This document shows, in pieces, positions 1 to 11,400 of a DNA stretch of 64,000 nucleotides. Below the pieces are notes generated by a model, which saw only the letters and a list, made by a program, of their open reading frames with translations, was not told the DNA's origin and did not search any database. Numbering within the stretch: position 1 is the stretch's first letter; each line of letters starts with the position of its first letter. Position numbers and translations under genes: made by a program. The stretch is from positions 10,121,480 to 10,185,479 of the forward strand of contig CM121342.1 in the NCBI GenBank assembly GCA_051530055.1. Reading direction: 5' to 3'. This DNA comes from Neoechinorhynchus agilis (taxonomy: Eukaryota; Animalia; Acanthocephala).

Positions 1-44
1 ATAAACAAGTTTTATTAGTTGTTCAAATCGCATTTGAGAAAAAA

Positions 45-2584
45 ATGCGTCCAAAGGTTCCTTGTAAGATTGCTATCCAATGGAAAAAGAAGAAATTGAA
101 ATTAGGTCGGCGACTGGATCGTCTTCGTTCATTAAAGCCGGAGGTTACAACCAAGAAAGTTAGGGCACCAAAGCAAACTATAATGAACGCCGGAAGTTTT
201 AATTTAATTCAATCGAATGTTCATGATTTAGACGATAGAGAACTGACCAGCGGTCTACTGATCGATCTTCTCGAGAATCTTGTAAATGATTGTGTAAATC
301 AAAGAAGTGCTAGAAGTTTAGAGAAGCACGTTCGATTGATGGAGATTGTATTGAGGCGGATAAATTCGGGAAAGATATTGATTTTTGTTTTTGACCGACT
401 AACAGTGCTGATTTCTCGAATAGGATGGAAAGCAAAAGAAAAGCATTTGTTGAAACGCTCAATAGATCTTCTTAGTAAACTCAGTGGTCAGTTTCATCGA
501 TATTATGGACCCATCAACCAGTTTTATGTGACCGCAAATGAATATTGCACTGTTAGTTTGATTGAACAAAACTGTGCCAGTCGCCAATACGAGCGGTATT
601 GTTCGTTTTTTCGAAAGATGTGGATCATTGTAACCGATGAAGACGATATTGGACCAAGTGCATTAGTATTGGCTAATCTTATTGACTCAATAATCGATCC
701 AAACGTTCTTTTCAAAGAGGTTTTGTGCTTGTACCTTTTTGCTTTAACTTCCTCCTCTCAATTTGAAGGACATGAACATATATCCGGAAGTTCTTTTACA
801 ATTGTTCAAAACAATGATATGCCGTTTTCCGTACAAAACAACGGAATCTATATTGATTTCTAACAAAAACGAATGCTCTCTCGTTAGTATTTTTGTTTGA
901 GATGTTTCTTAAAATACTTTTTTTATAGCGAATTATCAAATAATTGATTTATTTGATAATTCGCTATAAAAAAGGAAATGATGAACATCTTTCCAATTTC
1001 TTAAAATAATCACCAAAAAACAATATATAGATACAATCAACTAATTCCGATAATGTCATTGGAGTCAATTTGGCCATCAGTAGTTTTGTGTTTAAATGTC
1101 ATCAATACATTGAACGAACTTCTGTGTCGGTTGAACATTTCTCGGTCGTTGGTGAATACGTGTGCAATATTTTCAAATCGAGCAACGAACAACGCATTAA
1201 TGCAAAACGAATCATTCGAATAATCGATAGTTATATTGATTGCGGGAGTCAGCTAGTGACGATCGGATTAAGCATTGAATTATTGAAGAGCCTTTTGGTT
1301 TATGCCACCGAAAAACATGAGTTATCCCAGTCTAGATATGCTGCAATTAATTGCGCTTTTCGTCTTCGTCGAAGTGCGAAATTCAAAGATCTAAATAGTA
1401 CCGATCACGAAATTGATTCGGTGCTAATCGATGTTCTGTCGAAAACTCTTAGTCAATGTGTGCCACATTATGGCAATCCGAATTGTGATTCAATGATCTT
1501 ACTCGTTTGTAACAAACTGATGTCATATTGTGGACATAATCAACATTCAATTCGTCTCATTGATGTCATTGAACAATTAATGCTAAGACTTCTCTCAAAT
1601 CTAAAGCTGAGAAATCTTAGCGATATCTGATCTGATTAGTTGCCGTCAAGAAGCGCTCAGTGAACAAGTTACTGTCAATATTATAAAAGTCTTTTTGCTA
1701 TATAATCATCAATCGATCCGTTTAGGCACATTCTTGTCTCCAATGCGAAAATCGTGGCCTCTTCATCTTATTCAAGACATTCTCAAAGCACAAACTGATT
1801 CTGATCGTAGTGTGCTCTCTTTGAGTCTTATAGTCGGCATATCTCGAAGCAAAATCGAGGAATTGCAGAAAATAAAAACGGAAGATCCCAAATCAAGTCC
1901 TGATATTATTAGAATTAGCGACGAAGAAATCGTACGGCACATTGAGCTTTGTGATTTGGTGATCGATTTTATTGAACCTACGAGTTTAATGTGGGGCCTG
2001 CAGCATGTTGCATGCGCTTTGAAAGCCAAAATACCAGCTGAAACTCTGATAGGACTTATACTTGCTAGTCCGTTCATATGCCTGACGCCTGAAATTTTGA
2101 CGGTTTTAGAAGTTGGCTTGGATTTCGCCAAAAACAATTCGGAAAAATTAGAGCATATGACAGCTTTAATAAAAACACGGATTTCTCAACTAAAAATTCG
2201 TGAATGGATAATTTCGGTCGAAAAAGCCAATTGTCGACAATTCTGTTTTCTTAATCATTCAACAGCAAATGGAGGTTTGTGCTTTCTCTGTCTTTTTCTT
2301 AACACAATTATTCCTATTTTCTTTGAAAAGTCGTTTTTGTTCATTTTTTTAGGATTCGTCGTGCATGAATACTTCTTTTCGACTATGAATCTTTTTAAAG
2401 ATGACTTTGTTTCTTTTTTTTACGTTGAACTCCTAAATCTTTATAAATGTACATTGTCTACAAAAATTGCGACCATTTATCGTTTTTAATGTTTCTTTTA
2501 GGATACTCAATAGCATCAAACAAACGACTACATATTTACGATTCATACTTGAGTTTGTATCATGAATACTTTAAAAGCAATTAA
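45..2584 (+). CDS. Multi-exon gene of unknown function, probably alpha-helical/HEAT-like; weak resemblance to the huntingtin C-terminus
   Basis: Three long same-strand ORFs (45-863, 1070-1630, 1695-2489) separated by intron-sized AT-rich gaps. Motifs IREWIIS and GGLCFLCLFLN loosely recall huntingtin VRDWVML / TWSLSCFFVS (from memory, not searched). Boundaries approximate. Confidence 0.4.
919..973. repeat. Perfect 25-bp inverted repeat with 5-nt loop, probably intronic
   Basis: ttttttatagcgaattatcaaataa (919-943) is the exact reverse complement of ttatttgataattcgctataaaaaa (949-973). Confidence 0.9.
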
Positions 2585-2693
2585 AGTTATGATAAGTTAA
2601 AATATGAATAAATGATCATTGTTTTTTTGCTTGTTTCGTACAACACCGATCTTTTTGATTCGTGTTTCAGATTCTTTTTCTCTTCTTCAAAAT

Positions 2694-5600
2694 ATGCGAT
2701 TCTTGGTCTTTCTGCCAAAATCGTATTTGTCCACTAGGAGCATTATAGGAAAGATTGGTATTCCAGCAGAGTCTTGTAATCGAGTTGCACTCGTTCCAGA
2801 CTCGGTAACCAAATTTACCAAAATCGGTTAGTCTTTTACGAAAATTCACTTGATAACGAGAAATATGAACGCTTAGGAGTTCGTGTTAATATCGAATCTG
2901 GAGCAGGCAAGAAGGCATTGTACAGTGATGAGATGTACAAGGCGGCGGGTGCAACCATCGTTTCGAATTTTGCTGATTTGGTGTCCGATTCAGACCTCGT
3001 AGCACAAATACGTTTGCCAAATGAAAATCAAATCGAACAGTACAATCAACCGAATCTATCTTTAGTTACTTTGGCTAAACCGTACAAAAATCTACGAATT
3101 CTGCAAGGCTTAAATAAGATCGGTGCACTCTATGGTCTTGATTTGCTTCCAAGAACAACACGTGCTCAAGTTTTTGATTGTATGAGTTCAATGAGTGTAA
3201 TTGGCGGATACAAAGCTGTTATTGAGGCTGCCAATATACTTGGTCGACAGCTTGGATCTCACATCACTGCAGCCGGCCGGTTGCCACCTAGCCGCGTGTT
3301 AATTGTTGGATGCGGTGTTGCGGGTTTGAGTGCTGCTGGCACGGCCAAAAGCATGGGTGCCGTTGTTAGGGCGTTTGATGCTCGGAAAACGGCTGAAGAG
3401 CAAGTCAAATCTATTGGTGCCGATTTTGTGAGTTTAGATACAGATGATATTGAAGACACACGAACCGGATATGCGAAGGAAGCCGACAATGAGCTTTTGT
3501 TAGCTGAACGGAAGATTTTATCCAAAGAGTGTTCTTTAGCTGATATTGTGATTTGTTCCGCTCTTGTCCCTGGAAAACCCGCTCCATTGCTTGTCACAAA
3601 GCAAATGATCGAATCTATGAAGAGTGGATCGGTTATTGTGGATATGGCAATAGAAGCAGGAGGAAATTCTGAGCTATCGGGGATTGATGAATGTTTTCAA
3701 ACCAACAACGGCGTAACTATTTTTGGTGCTAGTGATTTGGCAGATCGCGTGCCGAAACAAGCAAGTGATTTCTTCTCAAATAACATCACGGCGTTTATCA
3801 ATCTTCTCAGTAAGTTTTTAATTTTCGCTTCAGTTGTATTCAAGACAAAAAGACTTTAAGTAAATGAAACAAACGAACCTGGTGATCAGATCATTGTTAA
3901 AAGGTGTTTATGTGTGAAGAGTGGTAAAGTGTTGTGGTCTATGCATGATCACGAACCTCAAAACGTGATTATAAAGCCGAAACCACCACCAATTGACCCA
4001 CAGTCAAAAAAAAGTAAATATGGTCTTACGAAGATGCCAAAGGACCTAAAACAATGAATTTTTGCGGATTTAGTCCAAATTCATTGTCATAAAGATGTCA
4101 ATTCAAATCACATCGTCAATTCTGGCTCTTATGTACGTTACTCACGCTTCATCTAGCATTCAGTTCGCTCATCAGACGTCTACTTTTTCTCTTGCCTCCA
4201 TTGTAGCCTACAACACGATTTGGAAAGTAACGCCAGCTCTTCACTCGCCTTTAATGTCCGGTCAGTTTATCACATCGAGAGAAAAAATTGGCACTTTTTA
4301 AAATTTAACAATCTTTAGTTACGAATGCCATTTCCGGTCTTACAGCAGCAGGCGGTCTGCTTTTACTTAGCGGCAACACCAATTTGCTCCTAAATTCACC
4401 CATCAGTGATTATTTGGCTGCACTTGCTGCACTCATTTCGGCCGTCAATATTGGTGGAGGATACGTGATTAGTCATCGAATGATCAATATGATCGACAAA
4501 AAAAGTAAGGTTTTTTTCTTCGCAAATCGTAGGATATCTTTTTTTATTATTATTATCTTTAGACACAGGAAAATCCAATTTGCTCTTCCTGATTCCGCCG
4601 TCCGTTGCTACAATTGCACTCTGCACACTACCGACCATGTCGGCAACTGTGAATTCCAGTCTTATTTACGGAACATCTTTGGCATCAGCTCTATGTTGTG
4701 TTGGTGCATTGGCTGGACTGTCTAAACACGAAACTGCCAGAATTGGAAATGCGTTATCAGCAGTTGGAATCTTTTTGGGATTATCTTCAATAATTGCTTC
4801 CAAATCGCCATCCTTTGAACATCTCGAACAAATGGCTCTATTATTAGGATGCGGTGGAGGGCTTGGATCGTTGATCGCAAAGTCGATCCAGGTAACAGAA
4901 TTGCCACAACTTGTAGCCGCATTTCACAGTTTTGTCGGTCTTGCAGCTAGCCTTACAAGTTTTGCTCAATTTTACCATTCGTCATTGCCTAAATCAACGA
5001 TCTACTAGTTGCATCTTTACAAGAAGATCAATGATGATAATCTCACTGACGATACGTTTCTCTACCTTTCATCAACTCTAGGAGCGTTCACATTCACGGC
5101 TTCTTTAATAGCATATGGTAAACTGAGTGGAACGATACCAAGTTCTAGCTCATTGAAGAACGTGGATGGTCTTAATGCTCTTTTGGTATTTACATCAGCA
5201 GCGTCTTTATTTGCTTTCGTCCCGTTTCATTCGTTAAGTCCGCTTGCAGTAGGCACAATGGCTTCGTTGATGTTAGGTTGTACTGGCGTTTGGAACATAG
5301 GCGGTGCAGATATGCCCGTCTTGATTGCTTTTTTGAACAGTTCATCAGGTTGGGCTCTTTGTGCCGAAGGATTCATGCTCAATAACGATCTGATGTTAAT
5401 TGTGGGTTCGTTAATAGGATGCAGCGGAGCAGTTTTGTCGACCATAATGTGTAAAGCGATGAATCGTAGCTTAAAAAGTGTTCTACTCCCAAAAAAGAAA
5501 CGGTCTTCCAAGTATGGGTTAAAAAACAATGCAAACAAACAATATAATTCCGAGACAGTTGGATCGGTCGTAGAGAGCTTGCAACAAGCACAAAATATCA

Positions 5601-6073
5601 TTATAGTGCCGGGTTATGGACTCTGTGTAGCGAAAGCCCAATATCCACTAGCTCAGATTGTATCATACCTTAAAGACGATTTGAAAAAACAAGTCAGGTT
5701 TGCAATTCATCCGGTTGCTGGTAGAATGCCTGGACAGTTAAATGTTCTTCTCGCTGAAGCTGGAGTACCGTACAAGGACATTTTTGAAATGAGCGAAATC
5801 AATAACGACTTTTCCATCACTGATTTAACTCTCGTGATCGGGGCTAACGATACAGTGAACAGTTTAGCTGAAGAAGATCCACAGTCTCCAATCGCAGGAA
5901 TGCCGGTTCTTAAAGTGTGGAACTCAAACAAAGTTGTATTCTTGAAGCGGTCACTGGGAACTGGATATGCTGATGTTGATAATCCGGTGTTCTACAAGCA
6001 AAATACAGGGATGCTATTGGGTGATGCAAAATCAATGTGCGACCAATTATTGGAAAGTTTAAAAAACAATTAA
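2694..6073 (+). CDS. NNT: NAD(P) transhydrogenase, single-chain dI-dII-dIII type, multi-exon
   Basis: GIPAES..RVALVP; NIESGAG; [12 protein letters not shown]; [11 protein letters not shown] (NAD binding); [11 protein letters not shown]; [16 protein letters not shown]; [10 protein letters not shown]; VPGYG; [22 protein letters not shown]; IGANDTVN; LGDAK. Short GT-AG introns. One unresolved in-frame TAG at 5006-5008. Confidence 0.96.
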
Positions 6074-8224
6074 AATCTACTATTATTGTTGTTAGAAATA
6101 AGCGCTCTCACAAAAAAATGGTTTATCCGCAATGATTTTTCAAATAACTATTAGATTCGAAGCATGAACGTTGTTTTTTTCAATGTTCAACAGTTGCTTA
6201 ATGTGAAGAAACGGTCATAGGCGAACTGAAACATATAAATGTGATTTTAAAAGTGTGATGATAGTGCCTCGTTTAATAAAAGAACTGGTTTAAAAGCGGG
6301 AGCTGCGTATATTGTTTTTAAGCAAGAACATCCTTTATTTGAATTAGTTTTTGTGCGTGTTGATTAAAAAAGCTAAATTATTACGTGTCTAATCTTTTGA
6401 AAAACGAAAATGAGTCATTTCTAATTTCAATTTTTTTTAAATCCGTAAAGTTAAATAAGCAAGGCAAAAGGAAATTCAACTGTAAAATTAGAGAGATCTT
6501 CGATTTGTCCAGAAAAAAAAGAATAAAATCCAATTCCAAGCATCGAACAGTTTTACACCTTTAAATTCCGTTTCCGTGAACCGTCCGGTGTAGAAATTAA
6601 TCAAGAAAAATTAAAACATGCTCACAGATAATTTAATACCAATAAAGAAGCCTCTGTTTAATTTGAATCGAAAACTCATTGGTTATTAAAGATGGACTTG
6701 GAGTTTATTTAGCTACGTAACCTCCCGTTCACGATACTGCGACGTTTTCGTCACTTTCCAAATGAACAACTTTAAATTCGCAATCCGGAAAACAATCATT
6801 GGTTATATTCACTTCATCGGGAGCTCCGATTGTTCCGTCGCTAAAAAGAACACAAATAATGACTTACTTTATTCGGAATCCTCACTATGGATCTATGACA
6901 GCAATGCTATATTTATCCCATTTAAGCGAACTGTAGGGACGTGTGGGAGTCGAGACGATTTTAAGAGTCTATTTAAAAGTTTTAGCACCAATTTGCAATT
7001 TATAAACTTACAATATCCCTAAGCAATCTATATCCAAACACTCTTGGTTGTTTACTTTCTGGTTGTTTCCCGCAATTCACACGAATCTTAAAACAATTTT
7101 TCGAACGTTACAGCAATAAGAATTCAAAAAAACTGACTAAATCACCATCCAAGTAAAACGTTCCAATGCTATATTCTGATCCACTCATTTTATAAGCTGA
7201 TTGTATACTCGGAAAGTACTTCGGTTCTTCGTTAGTATTGCACAAGATGACTTCTCCTTTTAAAATAAAAATTAAAAAAGAAGAGCAAATGCGAACTGAC
7301 AAACCCGTTGCAAAAAAACGAAAATATCTAAACATATCTACGCGGAATATTCTGTGACTACTAGTACTCAATATATAATCTCCAAATCGAACATAAAAAT
7401 ATTTCGCCAAATATATTCCTATTTCCATAAAATAGAAATTAAATTTTATTTAGAAAATATTTACCATGGAATAAGATATGAGGGGAAGATATGTAAAGAT
7501 CCATCCATTCGATTTTTTTCGCTTTATTTTGAGAATATTGATCATCAATTCCTCTAAACATAAGAAATCTTTTAACTATAAAAATGTGTTTTATCACCTT
7601 TTACAAATCAATTTCCATATACTTGGATTTATGGAAATAGCATGAAGTTTTCTACATGTCTTAAGAGCAATTTTCAATCGTTATTTTCTAACTTTTTTAA
7701 TAATTACCAGACCAAACTGAAGAAGAGAGCAAATATCAAAATTGTGATCGACAAAAAAAACAGATGCGATTTTTACCAAAACTTCATTTGGAAGATCAGG
7801 AAGTTTCTTTGTCTAGACAAGGGAAAACGAATTGTAGAATATTTTGCTTACTTTCTGCATTTTTAGTGATTTCAACGTCTTTTTTTCGCCTAGAAATATT
7901 AATCAAGGAAAAATGGGAAAAACCAGTAATACCGTACAATCGCCATCAACCTTTTTCATTTTTCCTTCCAATTTTATCTAAATTAGCAAAAGTGAAGATT
8001 TCCAAGTCGAAAGCAATCTCGTCAATGATAATGTCGGCGTGGTGCCTTCGATTTTATTCCGCTGTCTTTGGTTATGGAGTTTCACCCAAATTTTCGATTG
8101 CAAATGTCAATTCAGAAACAAGCACGTCGACGAGCTCTACGTCCCACTTTGCTTTCCCTCTCACGAAAGCAACAGCACATCAGCATCCATATATTCGAAA
8201 GGGTAATATTCTCAATGATTTGTG

Positions 8225-8470
8225 TAGGCCGAAAAATGAAGTAATTTATTGAATCTGATATTTCGTAGGCTCAATTTTGTGAATTTATCAAAGTTGGTTC
8301 GAGAGTAAATTTTTTGTCTTTAATGTAAATTAACCTAGCGAAACAACCTTTTGCCGAAATATCAGATTCAGTAATTGTTTTGATATGGCCGAAAAAATCA
8401 ACTAATTTAGTGAATCCGATATTTCGGAGGCACAAGATTGTGCCTTCATCAAAGTTTGTTCGAGCGTTAG
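8225..8470. mobile_element. Two tandem partial copies of palindromic MITE-like family 1, abutting the left end of the array
   Basis: The motif gccgaaaaa..taattta.tgaatc.gatatttcg.agg..caa...tgtg...t.atcaaagtt occurs twice and matches arms at 20859, 58194 and 62275. Confidence 0.6.
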
Positions 8471-8481
8471 TTTTTTGCTGA

Positions 8482-11400
8482 TTTTATGCGCTTCCGTGAT
8501 CCAAGAAATCGGTGAGTTGTGTGTCAGAGGAAAATAATTAGCCATGGAAGGGAAGGACACTTCAACGCTGAATAAAAAGTAACCGGCTAGCCAGATTAAA
8601 GATAAAAATATTTAAACAATTACCCAAGGTTTAAATCTGGGAGGGTTTGTACGTTCTGTAGTTGTGGCGAGGTTCCCTGTTTCCGAGTCAAAAGGTTCAA
8701 GATCCATTATCGCCGTTGACTCATAACCAAAGGAAACGAAATATTGCTGAAGGAAGAATATTCACTGGTGAGCTCTGTCTCCTCGGAGAATATCTGAGGA
8801 TCCGGAGGGATGCGTACAAACTCTTGGCCGTACGGTCGCGGGCATTAATTGGTTTTATGCGCTTCCCTGATCCAAGAAATCGGTGAGTTGTGTCAGAGGA
8901 AAATAATTAGCCATGGAAGGGAAGGACACTTCAACGCTGAATAAAAAGTAACCGGCTAGCCAGATTAAAGATAAAAATATTTAAACAATTACCCAAGGTT
9001 TAAATCTGGGAGGGTTTGTACGTTCTGTAGTTGTGGCGAGGTTCCCTGTTTCCGAGTCAAAAGGTTCAAGATCCATTATCGCCGTTGACTCATAACCAAA
9101 GGAAACGAAATATTGCTGAAGGAAGGAAATTCACTGGTGAGCTCTGTCTCCTCGGAGAATATCTGAGGATCCGGAGGGATGCGTACAAACTCTTGGCCGT
9201 ATGGTCGCGGGCATAAAGTAACCGGCTAGCCAGATTAAAGATAAAAATATTTAAACAATTACCCAAGGTTTAAATCTGGGAGGGTTTGTACGTTCTGTAG
9301 TTGTGGCGAGGTTCCCTGTTTCCGAGTCAAAAGGTTCAAGATCCATTATCGCCGTTGACTCATAACCAAAGGAAACGAAATATTGCTGAAGGAAGAATAT
9401 TCACTGGTGAGCTCTGTCTCCTCGGAGAATATCTGAGGATCCGGAGGGATGCGTACAAACTCTTGGCCGTATGGTCGCGGGCATTAATTGGTTTTATGCG
9501 CTTCCCTGATCCAAGAAATCGGTGAGTTGTGTGTCAGAGGAAAATAATTAGCCATGGAAGGGAAGGACACTTCAACGCTGAATAAAAAGTAACCGGCTAG
9601 CCAGATTAAAGATAAAAATATTTAAACAATTACCCAAGGTTTAAATCTGGGAGGGTTTGTACGTTCTGTAGTTGTGGCGAGGTTCCCTGTTTCCGAGTCA
9701 AAAGGTTCAAGATCCATTATCGCCGTTGACTCATAACCAAAGGAAACGAAATATTGCTGAAGGAAGAATATTCACTGGTGAGCTCTGTCTCCTCGGAGAA
9801 TATCTGAGGATCCGGAGGGATGCGTACAAACTCTTGGCCGTATGGTCGCGGGCATAAAGTAACCGGCTAGCCAGATTAAAGATAAAAATATTTAAACAAT
9901 TACCCAAGGTTTAAATCTGGGAGGGTTTGTACGTTCTGTAGTTGTGGCGAGGTTCCCTGTTTCCGAGTCAAAAGGTTCAAGATCCATTATCGCCGTTGAC
10001 TCATAACCAAAGGAAACGAAATATTGCTGAAGGAAGAATATTCACTGGTGAGCTCTGTCTCCTCGGAGAATATCTGAGGATCCGGAGGGATGCGTACAAA
10101 CTCTTGGCCGTATGGTCGCGGGCATAAAGTAACCGGCTAGCCAGATTAAAGATAAAAATATTTAAACAATTACCCAAGGTTTAAATCTGGGAGGGTTTGT
10201 ACGTTCTGTAGTTGTGGCGAGGTTCCCTGTTTCCGAGTCAAAAGGTTCAAGATCCATTATCGCCGTTGACTCATAACCAAAGGAAACGAAATATTGCTGA
10301 AGGAAGAATATTCACTGGTGAGCTCTGTCTCCTCGGAGAATATCTGAGGATCCGGAGGGATGCGTACAAACTCTTGGCCGTACGGTCGCGGGCATTAATT
10401 GGTTTTATGCGCTTCCCTGATCCAAGAAATCGGTGAGTTGTGTGTCAGAGGAAAATAATTAGCCATGGAAGGGAAGGACACTTCAACGCTGAATAAAAAG
10501 TAACCGGCTAGCCAGATTAAAGATAAAAATATTTAAACAATTACCCAAGGTTTAAATCTGGGAGGGTTTGTACGTTCTGTAGTTGTGGCGAGGTTCCCTG
10601 TTTCCGAGTCAAAAGGTTCAAGATCCATTATCGCCGTTGACTCATAACCAAAGGAAACGAAATATTGCTGAAGGAAGAATATTCACTGGTGAGCTCTGTC
10701 TCCTCGGAGAATATCTGAGGATCCGGAGGGATGCGTACAAACTCTTGGCCGTACGGTCGCGGGCATTAATTGGTTTTATGCGCTTCCCTGATCCAAGAAA
10801 TCGGTGAGTTGTGTGTCAGAGGAAAATAATTAGCCATGGAAGGGAAGGACACTTCAACGCTGAATAAAAAGTAACCGGCTAGCCAGATTAAAGATAAAAA
10901 TATTTAAACAATTACCCAAGGTTTAAATCTGGGAGGGTTTGTACGTTCTGTAGTTGTGGCGAGGTTCCCTGTTTCCGAGTCAAAAGGTTCAAGATCCATT
11001 ATCGCCGTTGACTCATAACCAAAGGAAACGAAATATTGCTGAAGGAAGAATATTCACTGGTGAGCTCTGTCTCCTCGGAGAATATCTGAGGATCCGGAGG
11101 GATGCGTACAAACTCTTGGCCGTACGGTCGCGGGCATTAATTGGTTTTATGCGCTTCCCTGATCCAAGAAATCGGTGAGTTGTGTGTCAGAGGAAAATAA
11201 TTAGCCATGGAAGGGAAGGACACTTCAACGCTGAATAAAAAGTAACCGGCTAGCCAGATTAAAGATAAAAATATTTAAACAATTACCCAAGGTTTAAATC
11301 TGGGAGGGTTTGTACGTTCTGTAGTTGTGGCGAGGTTCCCTGTTTCCGAGTCAAAAGGTTCAAGATCCATTATCGCCGTTGACTCATAACCAAAGGAAAC

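Noticed and set aside
5006-5008. TAG reassignment (alternative genetic code)
   Set aside because: COQ5 terminates at TAG exactly where its conserved C-terminus ends (34414-34416).
7108-7428. NUMOD1-like motif YFPSIQSAYKMSG suggesting a homing endonuclease remnant
   Set aside because: Short match with no GIY-YIG or HNH motif nearby; the rest of the ORF is low-complexity AT-rich sequence.
8608-8640. Resemblance to the nematode SL1 leader (AATTACCCAAG followed by GT) suggesting an SL RNA gene array
   Set aside because: Only 11 contiguous nt match, the motif is mutated in the right-hand units and absent from the solo copy, and there is no convincing Sm site. Not fully excluded without checking mRNA 5' ends.
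8794-8812. Second hammerhead core at CTGAGGA in the array unit
   Set aside because: Not followed by stem II plus GAAA, and it reads CCGAGGA in the solo copy.
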